From IMG/VR virus record IMGVR_UViG_3300017912_001856, positions 1 to 50,177 of that record: a stretch of 50,177 bases of DNA; one strand, written 5' to 3'. The position numbers and the translations under genes are program-made. Shown one piece after another: positions 20,570-31,965 of this stretch. Positions within the stretch are counted from its first letter, which is position 1, and every line of letters starts with the position of its first letter. The notes beneath the pieces are model-generated. The model did not search any database and had not been told where the DNA came from. It was given only the letters and a program-made list of their open reading frames with translations. Source of the stretch: a virus. Taxonomy: Duplodnaviria; Caudoviricetes.

Positions 20570-22672
20570 TTAATTCCATTCTTCCCAATTGTCAACCCCT
20601 TCGACGCCTGAAAAATCATCCAATTCGATCTCTCTCATTTCGTCCAGTGAGTCTGCTTCAGAAAGAACACCATCATTCTGCTCTGCCCATGTGCTTCCAC
20701 ACAGTGTACAGATGTCTTCCGCTTCACTTAAAGGTCCGTGACCACATTCCTTGCAGTGCCAGTCGTCTACATACTGATCAGGTTCAAACATGCTAGTCAT
20801 TTGTAGCCTCCTTCACAATAGTTGCACCTTCGTTAACCACGGTCTTGCCCATGTCTATCAAACCTTGGGTATCACCTGGATTAAGATATAGGTACATAGC
20901 CGCGGCTCCTACTACGATAAAAAAGATTGCTTTCATTATTCCCCCTGTCCGTTCTTAAGGAGAATTATACCACCAGTTATCATCATGCTCAATCCTATAA
21001 AGATAACCATAAGCATTTCTGGAAGTGTGTTGGCAGTCTCCATACATGCACCGTCACAGTCATTTGCACTGCCGGCGATAGCAAAGATTCCCATAATGAG
21101 TAAGAAACTTGCTAGTGTGTTGATTACTGTTTTCATTTGTTCCTCGCTTTGTTAATTTTATAATTTATAATAGCACTAAAAACCGGTATTGTCAACCTCT
21201 TTTTTTAGTAGTATTTGCTCCATTTTTCGCCCCATGCATCAGCCAGCATGTTCTCAAATTCAACTGCATTGTCACACATACTAGGCGAACCCATTAGCAA
21301 GTGTTCATGCTTTTGCATCTTTTGTACAAACTCTTCAAATACTTCACACTCACCTACAACTTCTTCAGCCTTGTCCCAAAACTGTTCTTCGTTGTCTAGT
21401 ATCCAATTGCTCATTCCCATAATATTCGCTCCTTTATTTTTTATTATATTAACAGCATAGCACCGAAATGCTATGCTGTCAACCGTTTATTATTAACTAC
21501 GCAACGTCTTTTTCATATGCTATGTTTAAGTGTTGCAAAATTTCTTCTGCTAGTGCAATAGCGTCATAACTCGCACGTCCTACGTCCTGCATTCCCCACT
21601 CACTAGTGCATACGTCTGTAACTGCGTTTTCACTAAAGCCATTTGTTTTTAAAATGCTTTGTAGTGTTTCCGTAAACTCGCTGTCCCAGTAAAATGCACT
21701 CATTGTTTTTGTGTTTGCATTTTCATCATGTATGTTACGCATTAGCAAAGCACTGTTGCCGTCGTCGTAGTTGCTGTCGTCAACTGCTTCCCAGTTAACT
21801 GCTAAATCTCCAGCATACACTTCGCCATTTTCTTCAACAGTAACATTCATTGTAATGCTTTCCACTTTTGCATTGTTTACAGTGTAGCCTTTACTGTCTA
21901 AGTCAATAAACAGTTGTGCTTCGTTGTCTGCTGTTTTTGTAAGTATGTTTTGCATAACTTTCTCGCTCCTTTTGTTAATGCTTATATTATTAATATAGCA
22001 TCTTTTTCCAAACTGTCAAGCACTATTTTAGTGCTTGAGTGGATTTTTTATACATAGCAAACTGATTGGAAATGTGTTGCTGTTTTGTACAAGTTGCCAT
22101 ATTATAATTTGCAACAAGACGGCACAAGTTTTTTTCAAGTTGTGCAAGTGTTGTGGCGGGTAATTTATAGTAGGCGGGACGTGCGACTGCTTTGTTGTAT
22201 GGCATATTTGTTGTTTCCTTATTTGTTATTGTGCTTATAATATAGCATACAATTTTCCAAAATGCAACCAATCTTTTCGGTTGACACAACCGGTTTTTTC
22301 TGCTATAATAAAGCGATGCCCGAAGGTTCACCCTTTGGCTACTTCCCCATTCTCATCTTCTTCTAGAGCAACAAGTGGATCTTCCTCATCCAGTTCCCAT
22401 AGCAGAGCACCATCCTCATAGAGACGGTAGAACAGTTCTTCTTGCTCTTTCCATTCACTCCACAATTCACCTGCTGTCATCTTGTGATAGCCTCTGAAGC
22501 CATTCTCCAGCATCTCCGCGATTACCGTAAAGTCTCCGTGGCCAGCATCCTCTTGGATTGCTCGGACCTCCAGTTGGATCAGTCGTTCTGCTAACACCTT
22601 GTGGGTCAACTGTAGAGCACGACTGTCTTCACCGACAATCGCGTTCTGTTCTTCTTTTCTAAAGTCAGACAT
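20570..22672 (-). CDS. Run of small early-type hypothetical genes (20570-20800, 20793-20936, 20936-21136, 21205-21420, 21497-21955, 22023-22205, 22328-22672)
   Basis: Co-oriented ORFs with RBS and promoters; the first carries a CxxC...CxxC Zn ribbon. Confidence 0.7.
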
Positions 22673-23279
22673 TAACAGCCTCCTTGTCTACTAAAAACTT
22701 CTCAGTATCAGTTTTCTGTTCTTCTTCCCATTCCCTTACAGATTCGCTGATGTTGAAATGTTCGTTGATATCATACATCAAACCTGAGTTTGAGTCTTCC
22801 ATCTGATCTGCGGTATAGTCACTTGGGGTGACCATATCATCTGAACCGTCTGCATAAAATCCTGCAAAGTCACAGCCACCTTCATAGTAGTAAGACTCGA
22901 TGCTACAATCTTCATTCTTCTCTAGGAAGTGATCGTATGCTCCTGTTGGTGGAGACCATGCACTATCGAACCAACCTTGTATGATTCCTGTGTCTCCTTC
23001 TTCTCTAAATTCTAGACCTTCTAGGTCGACATCCCATTTGGTACCCCAGTTGTTTACCGCCCAGTCATACCAGTTGTCATAACCGTCTACTACAGGTTGT
23101 GGTCCTTTGTATCCTGCCTGACCTTCTTGGGGTGTAGGTGAAGTTGTTTCTCTCAATGCGGCTGGCATTGGATATAGTTGATCCAACAATCTATCGTCTG
23201 CTTTTGCTTTGTCAAAGATTGCTTTTACTTTGTCCTTTGGCCCGGACAGGGTTATTGTGTTATTGCACCAGTTTGGCAT
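22665..23279 (-). CDS. DUF1281/YubB-like (MPNWC family) protein
   Basis: MPNWCNN, WYDW..NNWGTKWD, FDSAWSPP and YYEGG motifs. Confidence 0.75.
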   Translation of the reverse strand: MPNWCNNTITLSGPKDKVKAIFDKAKADDRLLDQLYPMPAALRETTSPTPQEGQAGYKGPQPVVDGYDNWYDWAVNNWGTKWDVDLEGLEFREEGDTGIIQGWFDSAWSPPTGAYDHFLEKNEDCSIESYYYEGGCDFAGFYADGSDDMVTPSDYTADQMEDSNSGLMYDINEHFNISESVREWEEEQKTDTEKFLVDKEAVNV

Positions 23280-23292
23280 ACTCGCTCCTTTG

Positions 23293-26200
23293 TTAAATGT
23301 TTATATTATTAGTATATACGGTTTTACCGGATTTGTCAACCTCAAAGAAATCCAAGAAAACCAAGGTATCCACTGCTCTGTGGAATTCATATAGGGTTGC
23401 CTCACGGTAGGGAGATATGTTCCTAAACCAACTAGGAACTATATTGTAGGGCACCTCGCTACCGTCAGGTCTTACGATCTCGTGAAATATCTTTCGAACC
23501 TCACCTGGCTCTTCGTCAATGTAAGGTTGGTATTCATATCCTCTGTAGAACATTATGCAGGCCCAGATATCAATTGAAGTTTCAACATAATACCAGACAC
23601 ATCATCTGGTGTGTTGTAGTGAATCACATCATCTACGAAATCGTCTTCATCGATTGGATCAGGATGAATGCCCGGCAACTGCACAAAGTTTCCATCCTTG
23701 TTAAAGATGCCTACTTCATAGATACCGTTGTCTTTAAGACTGACAACACTCAATTCATAGTCGCCAATCTGTTTCTTTGCCATCACGCCTTCGTATGGGT
23801 GTGGATTAAATTGTAAATCATCGAACCTCATTACGCCGCCTCCTTCTCTAGTGGAAGTTTCTCAGTGCCTACGATTCGGCACTTGCACTCCCCAGTGGTC
23901 AAGTCATCTACCCAACCGTTGAACTTGCCAACCATGTGTGCAAACTCGGGACGCTCTTTGTTGAAGCCGCCAACAATGTAGCCTCGCTTCATGTACCAAT
24001 GACCATCCTTACCCTTACGGACAACATTGTCACAGTAAAGAGTATCCCAACCTTCTGGGTCATACTCCTTCTGGCTCTTGACAAACTCTGACTCATAGTC
24101 ATCATCTGCTTCGAACTGGTCAACGATATACTCGTAGTGAACATCGTTGCGATCGTCTTCGATCAAAGACGCAACCTTGTTGACCTCTGCAGGGTCTACA
24201 CTCTCTACAATGTATGTAGAACCCGGCTTGTTCTTCCAATGGTACTCGCCTGTGAAACCGTTGTGAGCGGCATAGTTCTCCATGCACATTGTTTGAATCA
24301 CTGTAATCATTTTATTTCCCTCGCTTTTGTTAATGCTCATATTATAATAATAGCATCTTTATCCAATTTGTCAACCAAAAAGATCAACTTTTTTAGATAT
24401 TTTTTTCGGCGTCTTTTATGCGTTTTTCGTAGACTTTTTGCCTACCGTAATTCTCTAGATTGTATTGTATGATTCTGTTGACTTCGTATTGTAGATCAAC
24501 TGTCTTTAGTGCTTCAATTAGATTCTTGAATTTAATCATTCCCTGTATGGGATTGTCATCTGCGTGTGCAGGATTAGAAAATGCAAGGGCGACTATAAAA
24601 ACCGCCCCTGCGATGCTGTGTTTAATATTAAGCAACTTGTTCATCAAGTTCAACTGTAATATTAGTCTCTGGCTTACCATACTTCTTAGCCGCTTTATCA
24701 AGAGCCGCTTTGATGTCTGCATTATCACCTGCGAAACCAATTTCAGATAGATGGGCAACTGCTTGTGCCTTTGTCATCTCTGATGGAAGTTCCTTCAAGT
24801 TAACATCTTGGTGACCGTTCTTATCTAGAACTTTGATCCTCATGATGTCGTTAGCAAACCTTAGTTTGGTTCTACCATTTAAGTTGGATGATCCAACGAA
24901 CTTAAAAGTTTTATCTGTCATATCTACCTTTCCTCATATTAGTTTATATGTTCGACAAGTATTATTATATGTCCAAATTCCGAACTTGTCAACCGGAATC
25001 TGTCCATTTTGGCAAAATCGGTTATGCCGCTTTCTGCTCCATTGATTCCATATGCCTTTTCAACATATCAATATGTTCCAAAATTGCATACTTCTCCAAA
25101 GGTTCAAACTTCTTCATATCATATTTGGCATAGAACCAAGTTAGGCAGTCTTTGCCCATATAGTCCCTTTGACCAGTATACTTTGCCAAATAGATATAGT
25201 CTTCTCCACTATTGAAGCCCCTATCCAAATAGTCTGCTTCATCTTTGTAGATTTTGTATCCACAGTCCTTCTCACCTCTATCCCTACCGTAGTAGACATT
25301 TTGGTAATCATAGGAATCTGCGTGTCTGTCATCAAAGTCAATCTGTTCGCCAATAAACGAACCCCATTTAGAACTGTCGCCTAGTTTGATTGCTTTAGTG
25401 ACCTTGTCTGCTTTGTACCAATTATCAACTAGGTTGTACCCGAGTCCCCCCGGGTAACCGTCCCAATGTTGATAAGCACCAATGATCTGTTTGCCTTGTT
25501 GGATGGCGATCCTTGCTCTTGTTGCCATTATGCTACCAACCCTTCTATATAAGATTGTTCAACTTTTCTACCCACGTCCTTACCACCTAGGTATTTGTTG
25601 ATGTGTTTGCTAGTAGTTACGGAAAAGAAATCTTCTGTTCTAAACGCACCCTGATCATCATAACCTGCTACAGGTGTCTTGTATGAAAACAGAATACTCT
25701 TGCCGTTAACTTCAACTTCGTTCATATTCGAACCAACTGGATTAAGTTTCATATTCGCTCCTTTTGTTTCATTATGTTTATATATTAACAGGAAGTACCG
25801 GTTTTGTCAACCGTTTTTTCCTCTACCCATTCATTTAATTCAACGTCGCCATCTTCTTCTGCGTATTCGTTGTCTTCATTGTAGGTCACTGTGCCTACAT
25901 ACTCTACCTCATGGTCTCCGTTGAATGCTTCTACGTAGTGCGCCTCTGTGTGCGGACCTTCATTTAGCAATTCATGACCTATTCGATCATGGTTGATTCC
26001 ACCTTGGTCTAACCAGATGTCAAATGGATCTTCACCTTCGTGCACCTTGACAAACTCCTCAGTCTTCACTGTGTAGTAGTTGGTCACCTTGTAAACTTTA
26101 CGACCTAGGTCGTCCTTATATATAAAAGTAGGTTTATTACTCATAGGATTCTTCCTCCCTGCCCTGTGCAAAGTCCATCAAGTCAGCCGCCATTGCCGCC

Positions 26201-27117
26201 GCCTGTGCTCTTGTCAACTGTATGCTGTCAAAGAACTTGTCTGCAGGACCTCTATCCTCTGTAGGGTCTGTTCGCCTCATTGTTACTTGCACACATGAAC
26301 CTCTGTCTTTGCCACCTGCAAACCTAGTAAGGCTTACCCCTTGTGCATGACTTTTTAATTCTGTACTCATTTTCTACCTCGCTTTTTTAAGTTTATAAGT
26401 ATATAATAACACCGGTTTTACCATTTGTCAACCATTTTTTTCTACCACATCCATTGCCCATTGATCCCATGGCTCTGTTTCTGTGGCTTTCAAGCAATTG
26501 AACTGGACACCGAACCCCGGAGATAAAACTTCTGCCTCCATGACATCTTTGATTTCATCGAGGTCATTTTTGTCGTTTGTGTCAATCCATAACACACCGT
26601 GACTCCAATGCATCGTCGGAGTGTCTTTTCCGATTTTATGAAACCTTTCTTTAATTTCAACAATTGAATGTGTTTCTAATCCCATATGTTTTGCTCCTTA
26701 TATACTCTTATAATAGCATCGGTAAAACCGATTGTCAACCATTTTATTGTCTGCGGGCCGGGCCTTGGTTCGCTAATGATCGGACCCTGGTTTAATGCAA
26801 CGTTGCCTAGGACTTACCATTCGCAACCCGCCTACAATATGCTAGGCCGCCTTCCTAACTCTTAGGTGGCCTGCAGGAACTCTCCATTGTTCGCCGTTGG
26901 TACAAGATACAACCACGTATTTGATATTGATCTTCTTAACATGACCAACCATCATAACACCGTGTCTACCATCAAACTCAACCATGTCGCCTACGTTTAG
27001 ACTTCTGGCAGTCTGTCTGTGTGCCTGTGATCTCGCATACTTCACAGCCTCTATCACTTTGTTAAGATCTTCTGATCCCATGTTGTGGATTTCTGAAATG
27101 ATTTTGCCTATTTGCAT
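23293..27117 (-). CDS. Run of small early-type hypothetical genes (23293-23553, 23553-23831, 23831-24310, 24393-24644, 24628-24921, 25022-25528, 25528-25752, 25785-26144, 26137-26370, 26428-26685, 26842-27117)
   Basis: Co-oriented with promoters and RBS; 25022-25528 has the MATRARI..YQHWDGYP phage motif. Confidence 0.72.
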
Positions 27118-27179
27118 TTTCGCTCCTTTTGTTTATTGTTCTTATATAATAACACCGGTTTTACCTATTGTCAACCATT

Positions 27180-27806
27180 TTATTTCATAAAAGTGTGATT
27201 GCCAACAATAGCGGTTAAATCCTTCTCATCTGCCCATTTTGGATATACCAAATTGTGAGCATAATAAAAGACTGCCCCTTTGGTATTGTCGTTTACTCGA
27301 TAGGATCCAAAGCCTAGAGTCCATATTGCAATCTCCACACTCTTTCTCCAAGCCTCTGCATTCATCTTAATGGTTTCACCGGTTTTTTCATAGTTGGCCC
27401 ATATGATGTCTCGCTTGCCATCACAGTACCATGAGAACTGGCATCTATGCTTTATAGGATAAAACACACCATTCTTTTTCCAACTCTCTCTCACAGGACC
27501 TTGTTGGACCACTTCACAATATGTGTTGGGCCAACGACTGTCTTCTACCCTGTTTCGAGTTACATTAGCAACGGCCGCCTTACCCTCTACTCCTTCGGCC
27601 CTTGCTTCAAAATATATGTTCTCTGCTAGGCATACCATCTGTTGGTGATATGCGTTTGGTATTCCGCTTTCTTTTACTTCTTGGAATACGATTGTTTTGG
27701 CGTGTTTGGTCAACTCCGCCGCATGATCGAAACTCAACTTGTCTGCCCCTGCGGCATTGGTTGCGATCATGGATGCTATTGCACCTGCCCAAATTAGTTT
27801 TTTCAT
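27180..27806 (-). CDS. Cell wall hydrolase (SleB/Hydrolase_2 family)
   Basis: Signal peptide, CLAENIYFEARAE, VANVTRNRV, CQFSWYCDG and GNHTF motifs. Confidence 0.9.
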   Translation of the reverse strand: MKKLIWAGAIASMIATNAAGADKLSFDHAAELTKHAKTIVFQEVKESGIPNAYHQQMVCLAENIYFEARAEGVEGKAAVANVTRNRVEDSRWPNTYCEVVQQGPVRESWKKNGVFYPIKHRCQFSWYCDGKRDIIWANYEKTGETIKMNAEAWRKSVEIAIWTLGFGSYRVNDNTKGAVFYYAHNLVYPKWADEKDLTAIVGNHTFMK

Positions 27807-27879
27807 TGTACCCTCGCTCATTGTTCTTATATATTAACACCGGTTTTACCTATTGTCAACCAAAAAAAACCTCAGTGTT

Positions 27880-29015
27880 TTAGCCGTTCAAGAACCTCCC
27901 CAAATAGTCTGGCTTTCTGTTTCGACCCTTTTTGTGGCCCAAATAGTTGGCTCCTTCATTTACGACTACAGGTTGTCCATTGCCTCTATCGCAGACCCAA
28001 CCGTGTGGTCCCTGCATTACAGCCTTGGCAGTATGAGTCTGTCCTTGCGGAGTCTCATACCATACCTTGTCGCCCGTCTGTATTTCATCAAATAGTTCAT
28101 CTGTCCACATTATGCGGCCTCCTTTAGTAGTACATCTTCAACACTATCCCAATCACATCCGTCATCTGTAAAGTGCCATTCACCTTTCATGTGTATAAAC
28201 AACATGTCTTCTCTGCAAGTTCTAGATCCTTTTGGCTGTGTTCTAGGCGCCCAAAACATGTCGTCACCTAATCCTTCAACACCCCATTCAATCTTGTTGT
28301 CACCAAATGCTGTCACATATTTTTTGGCATCTTCTAGTGTTGGAACCTTTCTTACCAAAAATTTGGCAAACGCTGTCACATCGTCAACTTCGTGCTCGGC
28401 GCTGATTACATCGTATCCACTGTATGCTATCTTGATCTTTGTCATATATTTCGCTCCTTTGTTCTAACTATTAATATAGTATAAGGCCACCCCATCTCGT
28501 TGTCAACCGGTTTTTTCGGTATCTTTTTGGTTGACAGATCTCCCGAGTGATCATATTATAATAGTATAAGCCGGAGCAAACATAGAGCGAGGGGCTCAAG
28601 ACACTTCGATACTCAAAGGGTGGGCCGAACTCTGACTGAACCGCCTCAGCCAGGCCGCCACGATTTCCACTATAACTTATTATAGCATCTAGTCAACCTT
28701 TGTCAACCGGTTTTTCCAATTCCAGAAAGAGAACAGGCAAAACCCCTATTTCATGCACCCATTTCGAACCTGCTTCTCACCACCACAAAATCTCTCCCAA
28801 TCTCCCTCCATGTTGGGTATTCTTGCACCATATCCCACCCCGATCGGCGGATCCCAAGGTCGCAATCTCGGATCTGAACCTGCCCCTTGAATGAATGCGT
28901 CAATGAAGCCATCTTGACTTCCCGTCTTGACAGTCATTGAAGAACAGCCAATGATGCTTATTGATACTAATGACAGTATTGATACTCTTGATATTAGCCT
29001 AATGATCGTATACAT
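27880..29015 (-). CDS. Small early-type hypothetical genes (27880-28110, 28110-28445, 28746-29015 lipoprotein-like)
   Basis: ORFs downstream of TTGACA promoters. Confidence 0.65.
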
Positions 29016-29355
29016 GTGCCTCTCTTATGTGCCTAACTATACACATAGTATAACATCATTACACACGCTGTCAACCACTTTATACACAGTAGAGACCCCT
29101 CTACTCACTGTGTACAGCATAAGAGAATGCACTGCACAGAACCAAGAGTGAGGCCCCGAAGAATGAGGGGCCATTGTGGCAGAACAGTATATACACCACA
29201 ATATACATGGGGTTTCACCACTTATACCGGTAAAACTGGTAAAACGGTTCAAACTGTGGGGTCTGAAGTGGTTCATACAGTGGTTTTAGCATGAAGAGAA
29301 GTTGGCGACGAGAGGTGAGCCAAAAATACTTTCACGCATACACGCCCCTTAAACG

Positions 29356-29393
29356 CTTACAGCGGGGTCTCTCAAATCCTTACAGCGGGGTCT
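29356..29393 (+). repeat. 15-bp direct repeat CTTACAGCGGGGTCT x2
   Basis: Copies at 29356-29370 and 29379-29393. Confidence 0.9.
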
Positions 29394-29506
29394 ACACTAA
29401 TACACTCTATGCTAGTGTTCCTGTAGACCCATGGTGCGAAGCACAGATCACTTTGGTGATCTCCACACTTGACTGCAAACGGCACTGTGTTACAATACTC
29501 ACATAT

Positions 29507-30989
29507 ATGACAACGGATCAGATAATAGCACTGTTTTTTGTTGCACTGTACGTGACGAGCACGTATGGTTTTGTAGTCCTCTTGTTTTCAATGTGGAATA
29601 GAGAGTCGCCTCCAGAGACAGTAAAACAACGTAAACAACGCAAACACTCATGAGAACACTCATTCTAGCAACGGTTTGGGTCTGTGTGATCATGCTAGTA
29701 ACATCATGCACTTCAATTCGTTGTGTAACCGACACAGACTGTGAACGTGTGCATGACTCTAAGAAGACTTTCTCACTCATAAGAACCGTTATAACTCAAG
29801 GAGCACAACAGTGAACACTTTTGAAATCATCATGTTCAGCCTCATAGTAGTTACTGTACTAACTGTACTAGAACTAATGGGCCTAAACATCATAGGTATC
29901 CTGGAAAAACCCTATTAACAACCGCAATCGCTACCGCTACTGCTTCGCAGTTAGAGGGCCTTCAAAAAAATTTCTGCCGCACTTCGTGGTGTAGGGCCTA
30001 TCTGCCTGCTAACTACGGTTATGACGCCCATACTAGTACACTGTATAAATCAATATGACGAACCCGATTGGGAACGTGCTAAAATGCAGATTAGCAAATG
30101 GTTTTCAGTAAGTGAAAAGGGTCGTTGGTGTCGTGAACACTATGTACAGATGTCATGGCGAGTAGAGCCTGATGGGGGTATGGAACCGCACTGGATAGTT
30201 GAACTGTATCTTACATTTGAAAGTAAAGATCTTACCTACTACTACCTGCGTTGGCCTGATTCAAGTTACGCAAGTCTATTAGGCACACTGGAATAAAAGG
30301 TTGCACTTTGTCACAATAGATCGTATACTGTACACACAATGACAAACATAATATCAAGAACAAGATTTATCCGAAGCAAAATAGCACAGCAAAAGCAGTT
30401 GTGGGCAGAGAGTCGCATATCAAGTGCAGAACTGATAGACTATCTACTAGCATATGGTGATGACTCAGACGTTGCATGGTTATCAGAACACTTCGATCCC
30501 GACGACTTTAGGGAGGTTCAGTCTTAAATAGTGTTATGCAGTACGTAACTGAAACTATAACTGTACAACAACTGTTTGAAGAAGAACTGGAAGCACTGAG
30601 AGAAAGATACGACAGTCTCATAGGGCAAGGCACTGACGCTAATCTACGTGAAGCAGAAAACCTTGAACATGTGATACGGTATTTTGAAGCAAGGCTAGGA
30701 CAGACCACTGAAGTGTATGCAGACGGTCCCAACCCAGACGACACAGTTCATTAAGGAGATCACAATGGCAACATCACCAAAAAGTGTGTCCATAACCCTA
30801 GAGGTTGGACAGGAAATTCTAGTAGGCAAGTTTAGAAACTCACGAGCCAAGATAACCAAGATAGAAGTGGCACGATCAGGAGATGTAGTGCTTAAGACTA
30901 CCAAAGGTGAACGCAATGCTATGACCTTTAAACTGGTACCCGAAGATTTTGAAGACTCTCGAAAGAATCCTGCAGACAAGTATAGATAA
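29507..30989 (+). CDS. Small hypothetical genes (29507-29653, 30021-30296, 30339-30527, 30536-30754, 30765-30989)
   Basis: Co-oriented short ORFs after the strand switch. Confidence 0.55.
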
Positions 30990-31041
30990 AATAAAATAAA
31001 TACCGCTATCGCAAACCCAACACTAACCATGGAGCAGACAC

Positions 31042-31935
31042 TTGAAATCACTTTGGATCATAATCCAAAAAAAGACTCAGTCAACACGTTACGAACTGAG
31101 TCGACTGGTAGAAGCCTGCCAGGGTGTCTGCTCCGTAGAAACCATACTGCACCCCACAGTTGATATTATAGTAAGCAGAGAAGGTCGCCGTTCTGTACGA
31201 GTAAAGAACAAGTTGGTGGATCTACCTGATGTGATAGTGCCACGCACAGGATCAGGCACAGGATACTTTGGCTTTGCTATCCTTAGACACTTTGAAAGAC
31301 TGGGCGTACACACTGTGAACAGTTCCGCCGCAATAGAAAACACCAAAGACAAACTGTATGCTCATCAGATATTTGCAGAAGCAGGCCTACCCACACCTAA
31401 AACCATGTTGGTAAAACATCCTGTAAATGCTAACCTAGTGGATAAAGAAATAGGTTGGCCAGCAGTGGTTAAAATAATGGCAGGATCATATGGCAAAGGT
31501 GTTTATCAGGTAACTTCAAAAGAACGTTTTAGAGACTTTATAGAATTTGCACACGGTATTAAAACAGATGAAGCCATAATAGTACAGGAGTACATAGACA
31601 CAAAGCCTGGCGAAGACCTCAGAGTGTTTGTGGTAGGAAACAAAGTGCTTGGTGCTATCAAACGCAGTTCACATGATGGCAGTTTCAAAGCAAACATTAC
31701 TAGAGGTGGCCGGGCAGAAGCATACACAGTTACACCTGAGATACGCAAACTGGCTCTAGAAGTCACACGCTGTTTAGAACTGGATATCTGTGGTGTAGAT
31801 CTACTGTTTGGCAAAGACGGATTTCTAGTTTGTGAGGCAAACTCAGCACCAGGATTTGAAGGATTTGAAAAAGCAACAGGCATAGACGTTGCCAAAGAAA
31901 TAATCAACTTCGCACTAAAGAAAAAAAGCAAATAA
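31042..31935 (+). CDS. rimK: RimK-family ATP-grasp ligase
   Basis: DKL, PKT, GSYGKGV, QEYI, DLRVFVVG, FKANITRGG, GVDLL and EANSAPG motifs. Confidence 0.9.
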   Translation: MKSLWIIIQKKTQSTRYELSRLVEACQGVCSVETILHPTVDIIVSREGRRSVRVKNKLVDLPDVIVPRTGSGTGYFGFAILRHFERLGVHTVNSSAAIENTKDKLYAHQIFAEAGLPTPKTMLVKHPVNANLVDKEIGWPAVVKIMAGSYGKGVYQVTSKERFRDFIEFAHGIKTDEAIIVQEYIDTKPGEDLRVFVVGNKVLGAIKRSSHDGSFKANITRGGRAEAYTVTPEIRKLALEVTRCLELDICGVDLLFGKDGFLVCEANSAPGFEGFEKATGIDVAKEIINFALKKKSK

Positions 31936-31965
31936 ATATTTTTTGACAGCAGAGGAGTAATAAGC

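Larger units (their letters stand above)
18970..29074 (-). promoter_or_regulatory. Family of ~17 sigma70-type early promoters
   Basis: Minus-strand TTGACA (TGTCAA on +) at 18993, 19358, 20590, 21190, 21477, 22014, 23334, 24369, 24987, 25805, 26426, 26733, 27169, 27854, 28501, 28701 and 29069. Those checked have a TAnnnT box 16-17 nt downstream. Confidence 0.85.

Noticed and set aside
26750-26835. tRNA gene (contains GGTTCG)
   Set aside because: No cloverleaf, anticodon arm or properly placed T-loop; kept only as an ncRNA candidate.
18900-29100. Recurrent ~30-40 bp intergenic repeats as a CRISPR array
   Set aside because: They are separated by whole genes and match sigma70 promoter plus RBS architecture; no cas genes.
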